A stretch of 64,000 bases of DNA from positions 148,478 through 212,477 of the forward strand of contig JAVBWN010000012.1 of NCBI GenBank assembly GCA_036677365.1, written 5' to 3'. How positions within the stretch are numbered: position 1 is the first letter of the stretch; each line of letters starts with the position of its first letter. The DNA comes from Acholeplasma sp. Its GTDB lineage: Bacteria > Bacillota_I > Bacilli_A > Acholeplasmatales > UBA5453. Both the position numbers and the translations under genes were made by a program. Positions 1 to 9,105 of this stretch are shown one piece after another. The notes under the pieces were generated by a model. That model was given only the letters and a program-made list of their open reading frames with translations, had not been told where the DNA came from and made no database searches.

Positions 1-1203
1 TGTGACGTCCCCTATGATTCTAATGGATAACCCAGGACCCGGGAATGGTTGTCTTTGAACCAAAGCTTCTGGTAATCCTAGCGCTTGACCAAGCTTTCTA
101 ACTTCATCTTTAAACAAGGTATTTAAAGGTTCAATCAGCTTTAGATTCATCTCTTTGGGTAACCCACCCACATTGTGGTGAGACTTAATCGTTTTCGCAT
201 GCTTGGTCCCAGATTCAATCAAATCGGTATATAATGTGCCTTGTGCAAGAAAAGTTGCGTTCTTTAATTTCTTGGTTTCAGCTTCAAAGACTTCAATGAA
301 AGTCTTACCAATGATTTTTCGCTTATCTTCGGGATTTTCTACCCCTTTGAGTTTTTCTAAGAATAGTCCTTTCGCATCCACAACCACCAAATTCAAATCG
401 AAGTTGTGGGTAAAATAGTCAGACACTTCACGGCCTTCGTTTTTTCTGAGTAAACCATGGTCTACAAAGATACAAGTGAGTTGTTTACCGATGGCTTTAT
501 CGAGTAAGGCAGCAGCCACACTCGAGTCCACGCCACCGGATAAACCAAGGATGACTTGTTGGTCTAAAACAGTATTTCTAATCTTTTGAACTTGTTCATC
601 GATGAAGGTATCCATTGTCGAGTTACGATGGGCTTTTGTCAATTTTACAAAGTTTTCTAACATCCACATCCCGTGTTCGGTATGGGTCACTTCCGGGTGA
701 AATTGAATCCCAAACAACGGTTTGAACATGTGTTTCATCATGACATGAGGTGTCGATGTGCTTTGTGCGGTGGATTCAAAAAATGCGGGTAATACTTTGA
801 CTTGATCCCCATGGCTCATCCATACCGATGTGGTTTGTCCTAACCCTTCGATTAAAGGGTTTTTAGCGGTGAGTTCAATCGTGGTTTTACCAAATTCATG
901 ATGCTTACTACCTTCGACATACCCACCCAAACGGTGTGCCATCAGTTGCATCCCATAACAAATCCCTAAGATAGGGATATTTAAATCAAACAGCCCTTTT
1001 GGTACTGAAAAACTATCAGCGTCATACACCGAGTGTGGACCACCCGATAAGATGATGCCTTTAAGATGAGTATCTTGTTTGAGTATTTCTAAATCGATGT
1101 CGTGTGGGACGAGTTCGCTGTATACGCCAAGTTCGCGAATGCGTCTGACAATCAGTTGATTGTATTGACTACCAAAGTCTAAAACAATGATTTTATCAGT
1201 CAT
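1..1203 (-). CDS. guaA: GMP synthase (glutamine-hydrolysing), 5' part; runs off the window start
   Basis: Read manually on the minus strand from ATG at 1203: [30 protein letters not shown]..., GICYGMQL (GATase Cys), QFHPEV, LSGGVDSSV (PP-loop), RQPFPGPGL. The start overlaps the guaB stop. Confidence 0.97.
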   Translation of the reverse strand, partial: MTDKIIVLDFGSQYNQLIVRRIRELGVYSELVPHDIDLEILKQDTHLKGIILSGGPHSVYDADSFSVPKGLFDLNIPILGICYGMQLMAHRLGGYVEGSKHHEFGKTTIELTAKNPLIEGLGQTTSVWMSHGDQVKVLPAFFESTAQSTSTPHVMMKHMFKPLFGIQFHPEVTHTEHGMWMLENFVKLTKAHRNSTMDTFIDEQVQKIRNTVLDQQVILGLSGGVDSSVAAALLDKAIGKQLTCIFVDHGLLRKNEGREVSDYFTHNFDLNLVVVDAKGLFLEKLKGVENPEDKRKIIGKTFIEVFEAETKKLKNATFLAQGTLYTDLIESGTKHAKTIKSHHNVGGLPKEMNLKLIEPLNTLFKDEVRKLGQALGLPEALVQRQPFPGPGLSIRIIGDVT

Positions 1204-2323
1204 GGTAGTTTGGGGATGCTTTCATGTGTTTTACATCGTGGGGATGGGATTCTTTCAATCCAGCATGGGTAATTTTCATAAATCTGGCGTATAGTTTCAT
1301 GTCTTCAATGGTTTTACACCCACAATAACCCATCCCTGAACGTAAGCCACCCATCATTTGATAAATCACATCATGGATAGGACCTTTATAAGGGACACAA
1401 GCTTCAATGCCTTCAGGCACCAACTTGTTGAGTTCTTTGACCCCACCTTGGAAGTAGCGGTCAGAAGACCCTCGTTGCATGGCGGTTAAAGACCCCATGC
1501 CAATGTAGGTTTTGTATTTTAAACCATCTTTTTCAAATACCTCACCAGGGGATTCACTACAGCCAGCGAGTAAACTGCCCATCATCACACAGTCAGCACC
1601 TGCAGCGAGTGCTTTCGGGATGTCACCAGAAAGCTTAATCCCACCATCAGCGATGATCCCAACTTTATATTGTTTCGCAACCGAATACACATCGTTGATA
1701 GCGGATAGTTGTGGGACACCTACTCCGGCAACCACACGGGTGGTACAAATCGACCCTGGACCAACCCCCACTTTTAAACAGGTTGCGCCAGCATAGATGA
1801 GGTCGATGGCTGCTTGTGCAGTGACTATGTTCCCACCAATGATGTCTAAATCTGGGTATTTGTGACGTATCGATTTGATGGTTTCAATCACGCCTTTAGA
1901 ATGACCGTGGGCTGAATCTACCGCGATGATATCGACCCCTGCAGATACCAACGCATCGATGCGTTCTAAGGTATTCTTAGATACACCCACCGCTGCCCCA
2001 ACACGTAAACGACCCAATTCATCTTTGGTTGCGTCGGTTTCATTAAATGTGGCTGATTTAACCAGTTGTATTTCTTTGACTTGGTCTTCAATCGACATAT
2101 TTTTATGTATGATGCCTAAGCCACCCAGTTTCGCTAAAGCGATGGCCATCGTAGACTCTGTCACGGTGTCCATCGCTGCCGATAACACTGGGATGGCTAA
2201 CGAGATCTTTTTAGTCAATTTCGTATCGAGTTTGACTTGAATCGGTACGACCTCAGAATATGATGGAACCAACAATAAATCATCAAATGTATAACCCTCA
2301 GCGGTTATTTTTTCTTTTAACAT
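1196..2323 (-). CDS. guaB: IMP dehydrogenase (no CBS subdomain)
   Basis: [42 protein letters not shown] (catalytic Cys), ADGGIK, GMGSL, VPEGIE; adjacent to guaA. Confidence 0.98.
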   Translation of the reverse strand: MLKEKITAEGYTFDDLLLVPSYSEVVPIQVKLDTKLTKKISLAIPVLSAAMDTVTESTMAIALAKLGGLGIIHKNMSIEDQVKEIQLVKSATFNETDATKDELGRLRVGAAVGVSKNTLERIDALVSAGVDIIAVDSAHGHSKGVIETIKSIRHKYPDLDIIGGNIVTAQAAIDLIYAGATCLKVGVGPGSICTTRVVAGVGVPQLSAINDVYSVAKQYKVGIIADGGIKLSGDIPKALAAGADCVMMGSLLAGCSESPGEVFEKDGLKYKTYIGMGSLTAMQRGSSDRYFQGGVKELNKLVPEGIEACVPYKGPIHDVIYQMMGGLRSGMGYCGCKTIEDMKLYARFMKITHAGLKESHPHDVKHMKASPNYHD

Positions 2324-2494
2324 GAACCCTATCCCCCTTATTTATCAGCCATTTTATCATAGATAAGGGTAAAATAACCCAGTAAAATTGTAAAATAAGG
2401 GCTTAAGCGGTTTCACTGGGATTGATGATTTCATGATTCGGTGTTACAATCAAAAAAGAAGTTCATCGATACTAAATAAAGAAGGTAATGAAAA

Positions 2495-3274
2495 ATGAAT
2501 AGAAAAAATGTGTTATGGTTTTTGGGTTTACTATTGGCTTGGCTTTCTTACATCCCACTGGGGTTTCTGATTGTAGAAACCAACGCCTTTGGACAATTGT
2601 ATGAAAGTTTAAATTTATCACAATCCAGTTTACGTTATTACATCACAGAGAATGCGTTTGATATGGCATTTATGGGCATCTTAACGATTGGTTTATTCAT
2701 CCTATTGATCAATCGTTTTAAATACACCCAGGCAGTTCACTTTAAAATAACAACCATCACTAAAGTGGTTGTTTTGAGTGCTGTGATGATTTCAATCTTA
2801 GGTATGGTCATTCAAGTGTTATTCGCAGGGTCTAACCATCCCTTACATGCCTATATTGGCGAATACATCAAACAATTGTTGTGGGTTGGGATGGTTGAAG
2901 AATTGATCTTTAGAGGGTATATATTCATTGAACTATTGAAATTGAAATCCTCTAAGTTTAAGTTAATATATATCGTTTTAATATCGGCTTTTATGTTTTC
3001 TATCATTCATTTACCAGCCTATTTCTTATACAACAGCCAATATGATTTATTATCCATTGTTTGGAATTTGATTTTCCCATTTTCCATTGGGGTCTTATAT
3101 GCGTATCTTTTATATATGAATAATGACATCATTTCGCTCATCTTCATTCACACAACCTCAAACATGATTTCATATTACACTGGTATCATGGGTACGGTGT
3201 GGCTAGTATTATTTTGGGTGGGATTGGGTTATTACACCTATCATTCATATAAAACATATCTTCAAAACAAATAA
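2495..3274 (+). CDS. CPBP/Rce1-family intramembrane glutamic endopeptidase
   Basis: Multi-TM protein with EELIFRG, FSIIH and HxxxN motifs. Confidence 0.85.
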   Translation: MNRKNVLWFLGLLLAWLSYIPLGFLIVETNAFGQLYESLNLSQSSLRYYITENAFDMAFMGILTIGLFILLINRFKYTQAVHFKITTITKVVVLSAVMISILGMVIQVLFAGSNHPLHAYIGEYIKQLLWVGMVEELIFRGYIFIELLKLKSSKFKLIYIVLISAFMFSIIHLPAYFLYNSQYDLLSIVWNLIFPFSIGVLYAYLLYMNNDIISLIFIHTTSNMISYYTGIMGTVWLVLFWVGLGYYTYHSYKTYLQNK

Positions 3275-3323
3275 AGAAGTGCTACTACAGAACAGCATAA
3301 GTCAACGATTAGGATATAAAAAT

Positions 3324-3387
3324 AAAAAAACAGAAGCAGTAATCTGGCCTTCTGTTTTTTGAAACTCGATATGAGTTTTCAGGACAT
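3324..3387 (-). ncRNA. Putative small structured RNA, copy A (downstream of the Abi gene); candidate RNA antitoxin
   Basis: Minus-strand AUGUCCUGAAA-ACUCAUAUCGA-GUUUCAAAAAACAGAAGGCCAGAUUACUGCUUCUGUUUUUUU. Two hairpins, the second a U-tailed terminator. Own promoter at 3392-3420; near-identical copy at 4416-4479. Confidence 0.6.
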
Positions 3388-3391
3388 GATT

Positions 3392-3420
3392 ATTATATCA
3401 CGAGGAATTTTTGTATGCAA
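3392..3420 (-). promoter_or_regulatory. sigma70-type promoter for RNA copy A
   Basis: TTGCAT (3420-3415), 17 nt, then TG-n-TATAAT (3397-3392), immediately after the Abi stop codon and with no ORF downstream. Confidence 0.7.
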
Positions 3421-3426
3421 AACAAA

Positions 3427-4368
3427 TTACTTGAAAGTTGACTGAACAGTTTTACAATCAGATGATAAACCTAAGCTTAGCAACAGTGAGTTAACATTCA
3501 CTGATCCTTTCTTATTGTAATGAGCAATCTCTAGTATATTTCGCATTATCGACTTAAAAAAAGTTATATTATCTTGCAACAAGTACGAACAATGGGCAAT
3601 AGTAGCGAATAATGAAACTTTATTTTTATTGAGAATAAAGTGCGGATTGTAAATGTATGGATGAAATTTTGAATTGGAGATTTTTTTCCCCTTTAAAGTA
3701 TCAAAATCAAGAATAAACTCACCATGTGCACAGGCATTTCTCAAGTAGTTTAGCTTCTCTACCACATTATTGAATTCAGAGATTTTTAAATCAAAACTGT
3801 TTACAATGCGCTCTTTAATGTCTTTATTTAGTAACTTGAAAAAGGTCCTAATTTGTCCGAATGTTAAATAGTGAGCAATTACGAATGGTGGCACAGATTC
3901 AATGGTAGAAAAATGATATTTAGCATCTAAATTTTTTTTCTTTTTCGCATAGACTGTCCAGCATTCATCAATAAAAGCAGTTTTTACCGCATTACGATCT
4001 TCATCAGTGCCTGTATTAGGGTAGTCAAAGACATCTACAATAAATGAGTTTATTGTAAAATATGCATAACCATTATCTTTACAATAATATGAATACTCAT
4101 CTGCAATTTTGTTTCTGATAATTCTCTCACATCTAAGCACTAACAATAAGACTTCTTTAGAAATTTTTTCATTGGTTTCCTCTAGCCACTTGTAATCTTG
4201 AACGGTAAAGAAGGCTAATTTACCATCGTGAAAAAGATATTTCTCATAGTTATGGTTAATTAGGTAATAGCTGGTTGTTTTCAAATAAGCTTCAATTTCT
4301 TTCTTAGTTGAAATACAACCTTTTTCAATTTGTCGATTTACTTGTCCTTCTAAAGTTAATGGCTCCAT
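3427..4368 (-). CDS. Abi_2 (AbiD/AbiF-like) abortive-infection protein with HEPN RNase motif
   Basis: N-terminal 'TLEGQV...SYY' pattern, 'PPFVIAHYLTFGQI' and 'LRNACAH' (RxxxxH HEPN) typical of Abi_2; RBS GAGGTG; AT-rich. Confidence 0.85.
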   Translation of the reverse strand: MEPLTLEGQVNRQIEKGCISTKKEIEAYLKTTSYYLINHNYEKYLFHDGKLAFFTVQDYKWLEETNEKISKEVLLLVLRCERIIRNKIADEYSYYCKDNGYAYFTINSFIVDVFDYPNTGTDEDRNAVKTAFIDECWTVYAKKKKNLDAKYHFSTIESVPPFVIAHYLTFGQIRTFFKLLNKDIKERIVNSFDLKISEFNNVVEKLNYLRNACAHGEFILDFDTLKGKKISNSKFHPYIYNPHFILNKNKVSLFATIAHCSYLLQDNITFFKSIMRNILEIAHYNKKGSVNVNSLLLSLGLSSDCKTVQSTFK

Positions 4369-4415
4369 ATGTTCACACCTCTAAAGTTTATATATTAGGT
4401 ATATTATAACATAAT

Positions 4416-4479
4416 AAAAAAAACAGAAGCAGTAATCTGGCCTTCTGTTTTTTGAAACCATCAATCGGTTTCAGGACAT
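4416..4479 (-). ncRNA. Putative small structured RNA, copy B (leader of the Abi gene); candidate RNA antitoxin
   Basis: AUGUCCUGAAA-CCGAUUGAUG-GUUUCAAAAAACAGAAGGCCAGAUUACUGCUUCUGUUUUUUUU. 42 nt (4417-4458 = 3324-3365) plus 11 nt (4469-4479 = 3377-3387) are identical to copy A. Confidence 0.65.
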
Positions 4480-4484
4480 AATCA

Positions 4485-4513
4485 ATAATACCATAACGTG
4501 ATTTTGTAGTCAA
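4485..4513 (-). promoter_or_regulatory. sigma70-type promoter for RNA copy B / Abi gene
   Basis: TTGACT (4513-4508), 17 nt, then TG-n-TATTAT (4490-4485). Confidence 0.7.
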
Positions 4514-4652
4514 TCCATTTTAGAACAAACTAAAAAAAATGCAAAATTGTAGAATAAGTATAATCTATATTCTATGAAAAGCGTATAAGATAGAATAATA
4601 CAATGATTATTCGTTTATTTTCTAGTATAATGATATAGTGAAGGTGAAAGAA

Positions 4653-5801
4653 ATGGATAAATTTGTAAGTTACGAAAAACGATTCTATAACCCTGAATTT
4701 ACGGATACAAAGTTAGCGAAAAGAAAAAGAATGATGACAGATAAGCCTTATCTAAGTGCTACTATTAAGGATTTATCCCAAATAAAGATAGAAATCAGTC
4801 AAGAAACACAAGATTTGTTACTAGACTCGGTAGAAGGTTTAGCAAGACTTGATGGATATGTTCATCATTATCGAGATTTAATTTCTATGGTCATGCTAAG
4901 AGCTGAAGCTTTATCTAGTTCACAAATAGAACATTATAGTGCCTCTAATCGAAGCGTGGCATTGGCACAAATTCACAAAAAGCAATCCACAGAAGCCATG
5001 ATCATCAAATCCAACTTAGAGTCTTTGATTTTAGGTATTTCATCAAAAGAACCACTAGATACAAGTAAAATCATCCAATTGAATCAAACACTTTTAAAAA
5101 ATCCAACCATGGACGTGCGTACCCGAATCAATTGGATTGGGACACCCAATTCTATACCCCATGAAGCAACCTATGTGCCACCACACCCTGAGCATCTTAA
5201 TTTGTTTATGAGTCAGTTCATAGCTTTTTGTAATAGAAATGACATGCACCCATTGATTCAGTCAGCTATAGCTCATGCCTATTTTGAACTCATTCATCCA
5301 TTCGAAGATGGAAATGGTCGTGTTGGCAGAATACTCATTCAGTGTTTATTAAGAGAAAAGCAGTTTTTAGAATTTCTTTCAATGCCATTTTCTGTAGGGA
5401 TTGTTCATGATCAAGTCAGGTACATTCAAGCACTAAATGATTTTAAAGAAGGCAATTATGAGACCATCATTATTGTGCTATTAGAAAACACATTATACCT
5501 CGTACCCAAAGTGTATGATACACTAGAAAAACTCATAAAACTCAAACAAAACTGGAAAGCCAAATTGAACATTCGACAAGATGCCCTAGCATGGAAAATA
5601 CTGGATGATTTGATTGCACAACCCGTCATTGATGTAAAATATATTAGAGAAAAACACCAAGCCAATGATCAAGCTGTCAGAAATAACATACAAACGCTTG
5701 TGAATGTAGGTATCTTAAACATCATAGGTAACGATAGTCGTGATGTTGCTTATGAATCCATTGAGGTATTGGATTTATTAGACCAATTCTCTAAAAAATA
5801 A
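4653..5801 (+). CDS. Fic-family protein (class II-like, C-terminal HTH)
   Basis: Fic motif HPFEDGNGRVGR; N-terminal inhibitory-type SSQIE motif; ATG 4653 follows RBS AAGGTG (alternative GTG at 4638). Confidence 0.92.
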   Translation: MDKFVSYEKRFYNPEFTDTKLAKRKRMMTDKPYLSATIKDLSQIKIEISQETQDLLLDSVEGLARLDGYVHHYRDLISMVMLRAEALSSSQIEHYSASNRSVALAQIHKKQSTEAMIIKSNLESLILGISSKEPLDTSKIIQLNQTLLKNPTMDVRTRINWIGTPNSIPHEATYVPPHPEHLNLFMSQFIAFCNRNDMHPLIQSAIAHAYFELIHPFEDGNGRVGRILIQCLLREKQFLEFLSMPFSVGIVHDQVRYIQALNDFKEGNYETIIIVLLENTLYLVPKVYDTLEKLIKLKQNWKAKLNIRQDALAWKILDDLIAQPVIDVKYIREKHQANDQAVRNNIQTLVNVGILNIIGNDSRDVAYESIEVLDLLDQFSKK

Positions 5802-5885
5802 ATCAGAACCTGTCATTTAGCGAAGTATTCTCACCAATAAATAAAAGCATTTTATCGTATATTATATGTAAGAAAGGATGACATC

Positions 5886-8144
5886 ATGAAAAGAGTATGG
5901 ATTTTCTTTATCCTAATGATGAGCATAGTGAGCATGTATGGTCACTTTTTTAGTCATGAAGCTCATGATGTGAACACCTTCACCTTGTTATATGAGACCA
6001 CGGATTTATCAGAACTCGATGGGTATATTCAAACCCATGATATGGTTATCCAAGATTATGATGGTAGAATCGCTGAAATTATGTATACAGGGACTGCTAT
6101 AGATAAACTCATTGAAGATGGTTTCGTGTATGAGGGAATTTATTCAACTCAAAACCCACCATGGGTTAAACCCATCGTCAATGACCCTTATTTTCCAAAT
6201 CAATATGCTTTAAAACTAACCAATACCGACGATGCTTGGGGTATTACTACGGGTTCAAGTGCGGTTACTGTCGCCATCATCGATACAGGCATTGATGTCG
6301 ATCACCCGGAATTTACAGGTAGAGTATCTGAATTATCGTATAACGCTGTTACCCAAATGGTTGGCTTAGAAGCGGTAGAAGATGATCAAGGCCACGGAAC
6401 CATGGTGGCAGGTGTCATCGGTGCGAATTCAAACAACAGCACAGGGGTTGCTGGGGTAACCAATGCTGTACAGTTGATGGTTATCAAAGCCAATGAAGCG
6501 GGTGAGGATACGTTTAAAGATTCTGACATCATTCGAGGGATCTATTATGCCGTGGACAATGGTGCAGACATCATCAACTTATCCATAGGTAGCACTTATG
6601 CGAACCCACTCACCAAAAAAGCATTAGATTACGCACTAGAAAAGAATGTCCTAGTTGTCGCTTCATCCGGTAATGATGGTGAAAACATCAAGATATACCC
6701 AGCCTCCTTTGACACAGTCATTTCAGTGGGGTCTGTCGATCAATATTCAAATCTATCCTCATTTTCCAATTATAACGATAAAGTCGATGTGGTCGCCCCA
6801 GGTAGCGGGATTGTAACGACCAACCGTGCGAATACATATTCAACCGTTAACGGAACATCCTTTTCAAGTCCTTATGTGGCGGGGATCGCTGCTTTATACA
6901 AGAGTTTACACCCAGAAGCAACCGTAGCTCATTTAACCGATGTCATCACATCCACGGCCAAAGATTTGGGTACCACCGGGTATGATATCCAATATGGTCA
7001 TGGCTTAATTGATGCTTTAGCGATGGTCTCACTTTCTTATATCCAAGTGACTGTGGATTACCCACTCGATATTCCTAGCAGTTATTATTACGTGACCTCA
7101 GGTGGTACCATCAGTATTGAAAGACCACCGGTCATCGATTACTATGAGTTTGTTGGTTGGTACTTAGATGAAGCTTATCAAATCCCATATGAATCTACCT
7201 ATGCTTTTACAACGAATACCACGATCTATGCGTATTATCGTAAAACCCATGGGGTCATCACTTGGGTGATTGATGAACAAATCGTATCCACAGAAACCCT
7301 TTCGTTAGGGTCACTACCAACACCACCCGATACCAATTTACCAGGTGTCACATTCTATGGCTGGTATTTGGATGAAGCCTATACCCAGCCCGTCACAGAC
7401 TTCATGGTAACGGATGATCAAACCTATTATGGGTATTATCAAGTTCAATATTTTGAACTACAATACCTCGCAGAAGACCATACCACCCTATTGTCCATCA
7501 TTCAGTATTCTAGTATTGAACCCATCGAATGGATGGCGGGTCCTGAAAAACCTTCGGATTTATATTATAATTACACATTCATCGGTTGGACAGAAGCGGT
7601 TCTATATGAATCCGAAATTGTGTATGTCTATCCTATCTATAAAAAAGTCTTGAAGCCCGATTTGTCAGGGTTAAACCCTGGGGTAGATACCATCATTGAA
7701 GGACAAACTTATATCGATACAGGGATCTTTGTTTTAGTTGAGGGTTTAACCGTTCAAACGGTGGGTTCGATTGATTCGACTGAAGTTGGGGTTCAAACCT
7801 TGACTTATGAGATATACGACGGTGAAACCCTGGTGTATACCTTAATCCGAAAGATTCGAGTATTGACCGATAATCGATTGGTGGTTACCCTCAATAAAGC
7901 GATCACGACTTTATATGTCGGTGATGATTATGTGGACCGAGGGGTCACCTATAATAAAGGTATCTTGGTCAAAACAGGTGAAGTCGACATCTCTAAAACA
8001 GGCATATATAAAATCACCTACACCGTCACGTATCGTGACCAAGTGGTGGTAAAATCAAGGTATGTCATCGTGCTCGCTAGAGAAATCGAAACCCCTGTAG
8101 GCTATATACCGAGTAGAAAAGAGGATGACATCAATGAAAGCTAA
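5886..8144 (+). CDS. Secreted S8 (subtilisin-like) serine peptidase with InlB B-repeat and DUF5011-type Ig-like domains
   Basis: Triad motifs IIDTG, HGTMVAG, GTSFSSP; 'FVGWYLDEAY...YAYY' repeats; 'LNPGVDT' Ig-like repeats; signal peptide. Confidence 0.92.
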   Translation: MKRVWIFFILMMSIVSMYGHFFSHEAHDVNTFTLLYETTDLSELDGYIQTHDMVIQDYDGRIAEIMYTGTAIDKLIEDGFVYEGIYSTQNPPWVKPIVNDPYFPNQYALKLTNTDDAWGITTGSSAVTVAIIDTGIDVDHPEFTGRVSELSYNAVTQMVGLEAVEDDQGHGTMVAGVIGANSNNSTGVAGVTNAVQLMVIKANEAGEDTFKDSDIIRGIYYAVDNGADIINLSIGSTYANPLTKKALDYALEKNVLVVASSGNDGENIKIYPASFDTVISVGSVDQYSNLSSFSNYNDKVDVVAPGSGIVTTNRANTYSTVNGTSFSSPYVAGIAALYKSLHPEATVAHLTDVITSTAKDLGTTGYDIQYGHGLIDALAMVSLSYIQVTVDYPLDIPSSYYYVTSGGTISIERPPVIDYYEFVGWYLDEAYQIPYESTYAFTTNTTIYAYYRKTHGVITWVIDEQIVSTETLSLGSLPTPPDTNLPGVTFYGWYLDEAYTQPVTDFMVTDDQTYYGYYQVQYFELQYLAEDHTTLLSIIQYSSIEPIEWMAGPEKPSDLYYNYTFIGWTEAVLYESEIVYVYPIYKKVLKPDLSGLNPGVDTIIEGQTYIDTGIFVLVEGLTVQTVGSIDSTEVGVQTLTYEIYDGETLVYTLIRKIRVLTDNRLVVTLNKAITTLYVGDDYVDRGVTYNKGILVKTGEVDISKTGIYKITYTVTYRDQVVVKSRYVIVLAREIETPVGYIPSRKEDDINES

Positions 8145-8667
8145 ACTTCTGTTAATCCTCCTTGCTTTATTGTTTGTTTTGACTGCCTGTGGGGAAGTAG
8201 ACCCAGATCAAATCCGGTTTGAACTCACTCCAGGGGTAGACACGGTTGAAATCAATTCAACTTTTGAAGATGCTGGTGTGAGGGCTTCTTACTTTGGGTT
8301 ACCAATCCAAGTGGAAATCATCGAAAACACCGTGGATATGAGTGCCATCGGTCAATATCAAATTACGTATCAAATCGATTATCGTGGAATCATTAAAACT
8401 TTAACCAGAGTCGTGTTTGTGGTCGATGAAACCGCACCAATAGGGATACTCAACCCAGGCATCGATACCGTGGTTGTTGGTAATACTTGGACAGACGCCT
8501 TTATATCTGCCAGCGACAATTCAAACGAGGTAGTTTTAATCACAGTAACGGGTTTTGTCAACACAAACTTCGTGGGGAGTTACATGATCACATACACCTT
8601 AGAAGATACCTCGGGTAACCAGTCCATTTATTATCGCTGGGTCTATGTGATGGAAAATATCAACTAA
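8134..8667 (+). CDS. Lipoprotein with two DUF5011-type Ig-like domains
   Basis: Lipobox LTAC; two 'L.PG.DTV...D...Y.ITY' units; overlaps the protease stop. Confidence 0.75.
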   Translation: MKAKLLLILLALLFVLTACGEVDPDQIRFELTPGVDTVEINSTFEDAGVRASYFGLPIQVEIIENTVDMSAIGQYQITYQIDYRGIIKTLTRVVFVVDETAPIGILNPGIDTVVVGNTWTDAFISASDNSNEVVLITVTGFVNTNFVGSYMITYTLEDTSGNQSIYYRWVYVMENIN

Positions 8668-8724
8668 AGGCACTGAAAAGTGCTTTTTTCTTGATTAATA
8701 GCACTATGGGTGTTATTATATGAA

Positions 8725-8746
8725 TATATGAACAGACATTCATATA
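8725..8746 (+). promoter_or_regulatory. ArsR/SmtB-type operator
   Basis: Inverted repeat TATATGAA-CAGACA-TTCATATA (TGAA-N6-TTCA core) just upstream of the ArsR gene. Confidence 0.8.
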
Positions 8747-8760
8747 ATAGGAGGTAACCC

Positions 8761-9105
8761 ATGGAACATCAAAATTGTGGACACGATGTCATCATCAAAG
8801 ACATCCAACAAAACATCATTCAAGATACCGACCTCTATTTAATGGTCGATTTATTCAAAGTATTATCCGACCCCACCAGAATCAAGATATTATACGCCAT
8901 ATCGAAACATGAGATTTGTGTGAATGACATCGCACAAATTTTAAACATGACTCAAAGCGCAGTATCACACCAACTCAAAAACCTCAAACAAGCCGCGTTG
9001 ATCAAAAGCAGAAGAGAAGGTCAAACCATTTATTACCGGTTGAGTGATGACCATGTGCATTTGATCTTCAATCAAGCTTTAGATCACATCCAGGAGTTCA
9101 AATGA
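8761..9105 (+). CDS. ArsR/SmtB-family metal-sensing repressor
   Basis: FKVLSDPTRIKIL, ICVNDIA, SAVSHQL, DDHV...DHIQE (alpha5 metal site). Confidence 0.93.
   Translation: MEHQNCGHDVIIKDIQQNIIQDTDLYLMVDLFKVLSDPTRIKILYAISKHEICVNDIAQILNMTQSAVSHQLKNLKQAALIKSRREGQTIYYRLSDDHVHLIFNQALDHIQEFK

Noticed and set aside
2324..2494. Purine riboswitch upstream of guaB
   Set aside because: No purine-aptamer core recognised, and the leader looks too short
2495..3274. Treating the CPBP ('Abi'-named) protease as an abortive-infection partner
   Set aside because: The historical 'Abi' name of this family does not imply phage defence; only adjacency links it to the HEPN gene
3324..4479. CRISPR array interpretation of the twin repeat
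   Set aside because: Only two units about 1.1 kb apart with a gene between them; the variable part is 10-11 nt; no cas genes in the window
1..5801. Integrative element at guaA
   Set aside because: The islet is upstream of guaB, not at the guaA 3' end (which is outside the window); no integrase or att-like duplication seen
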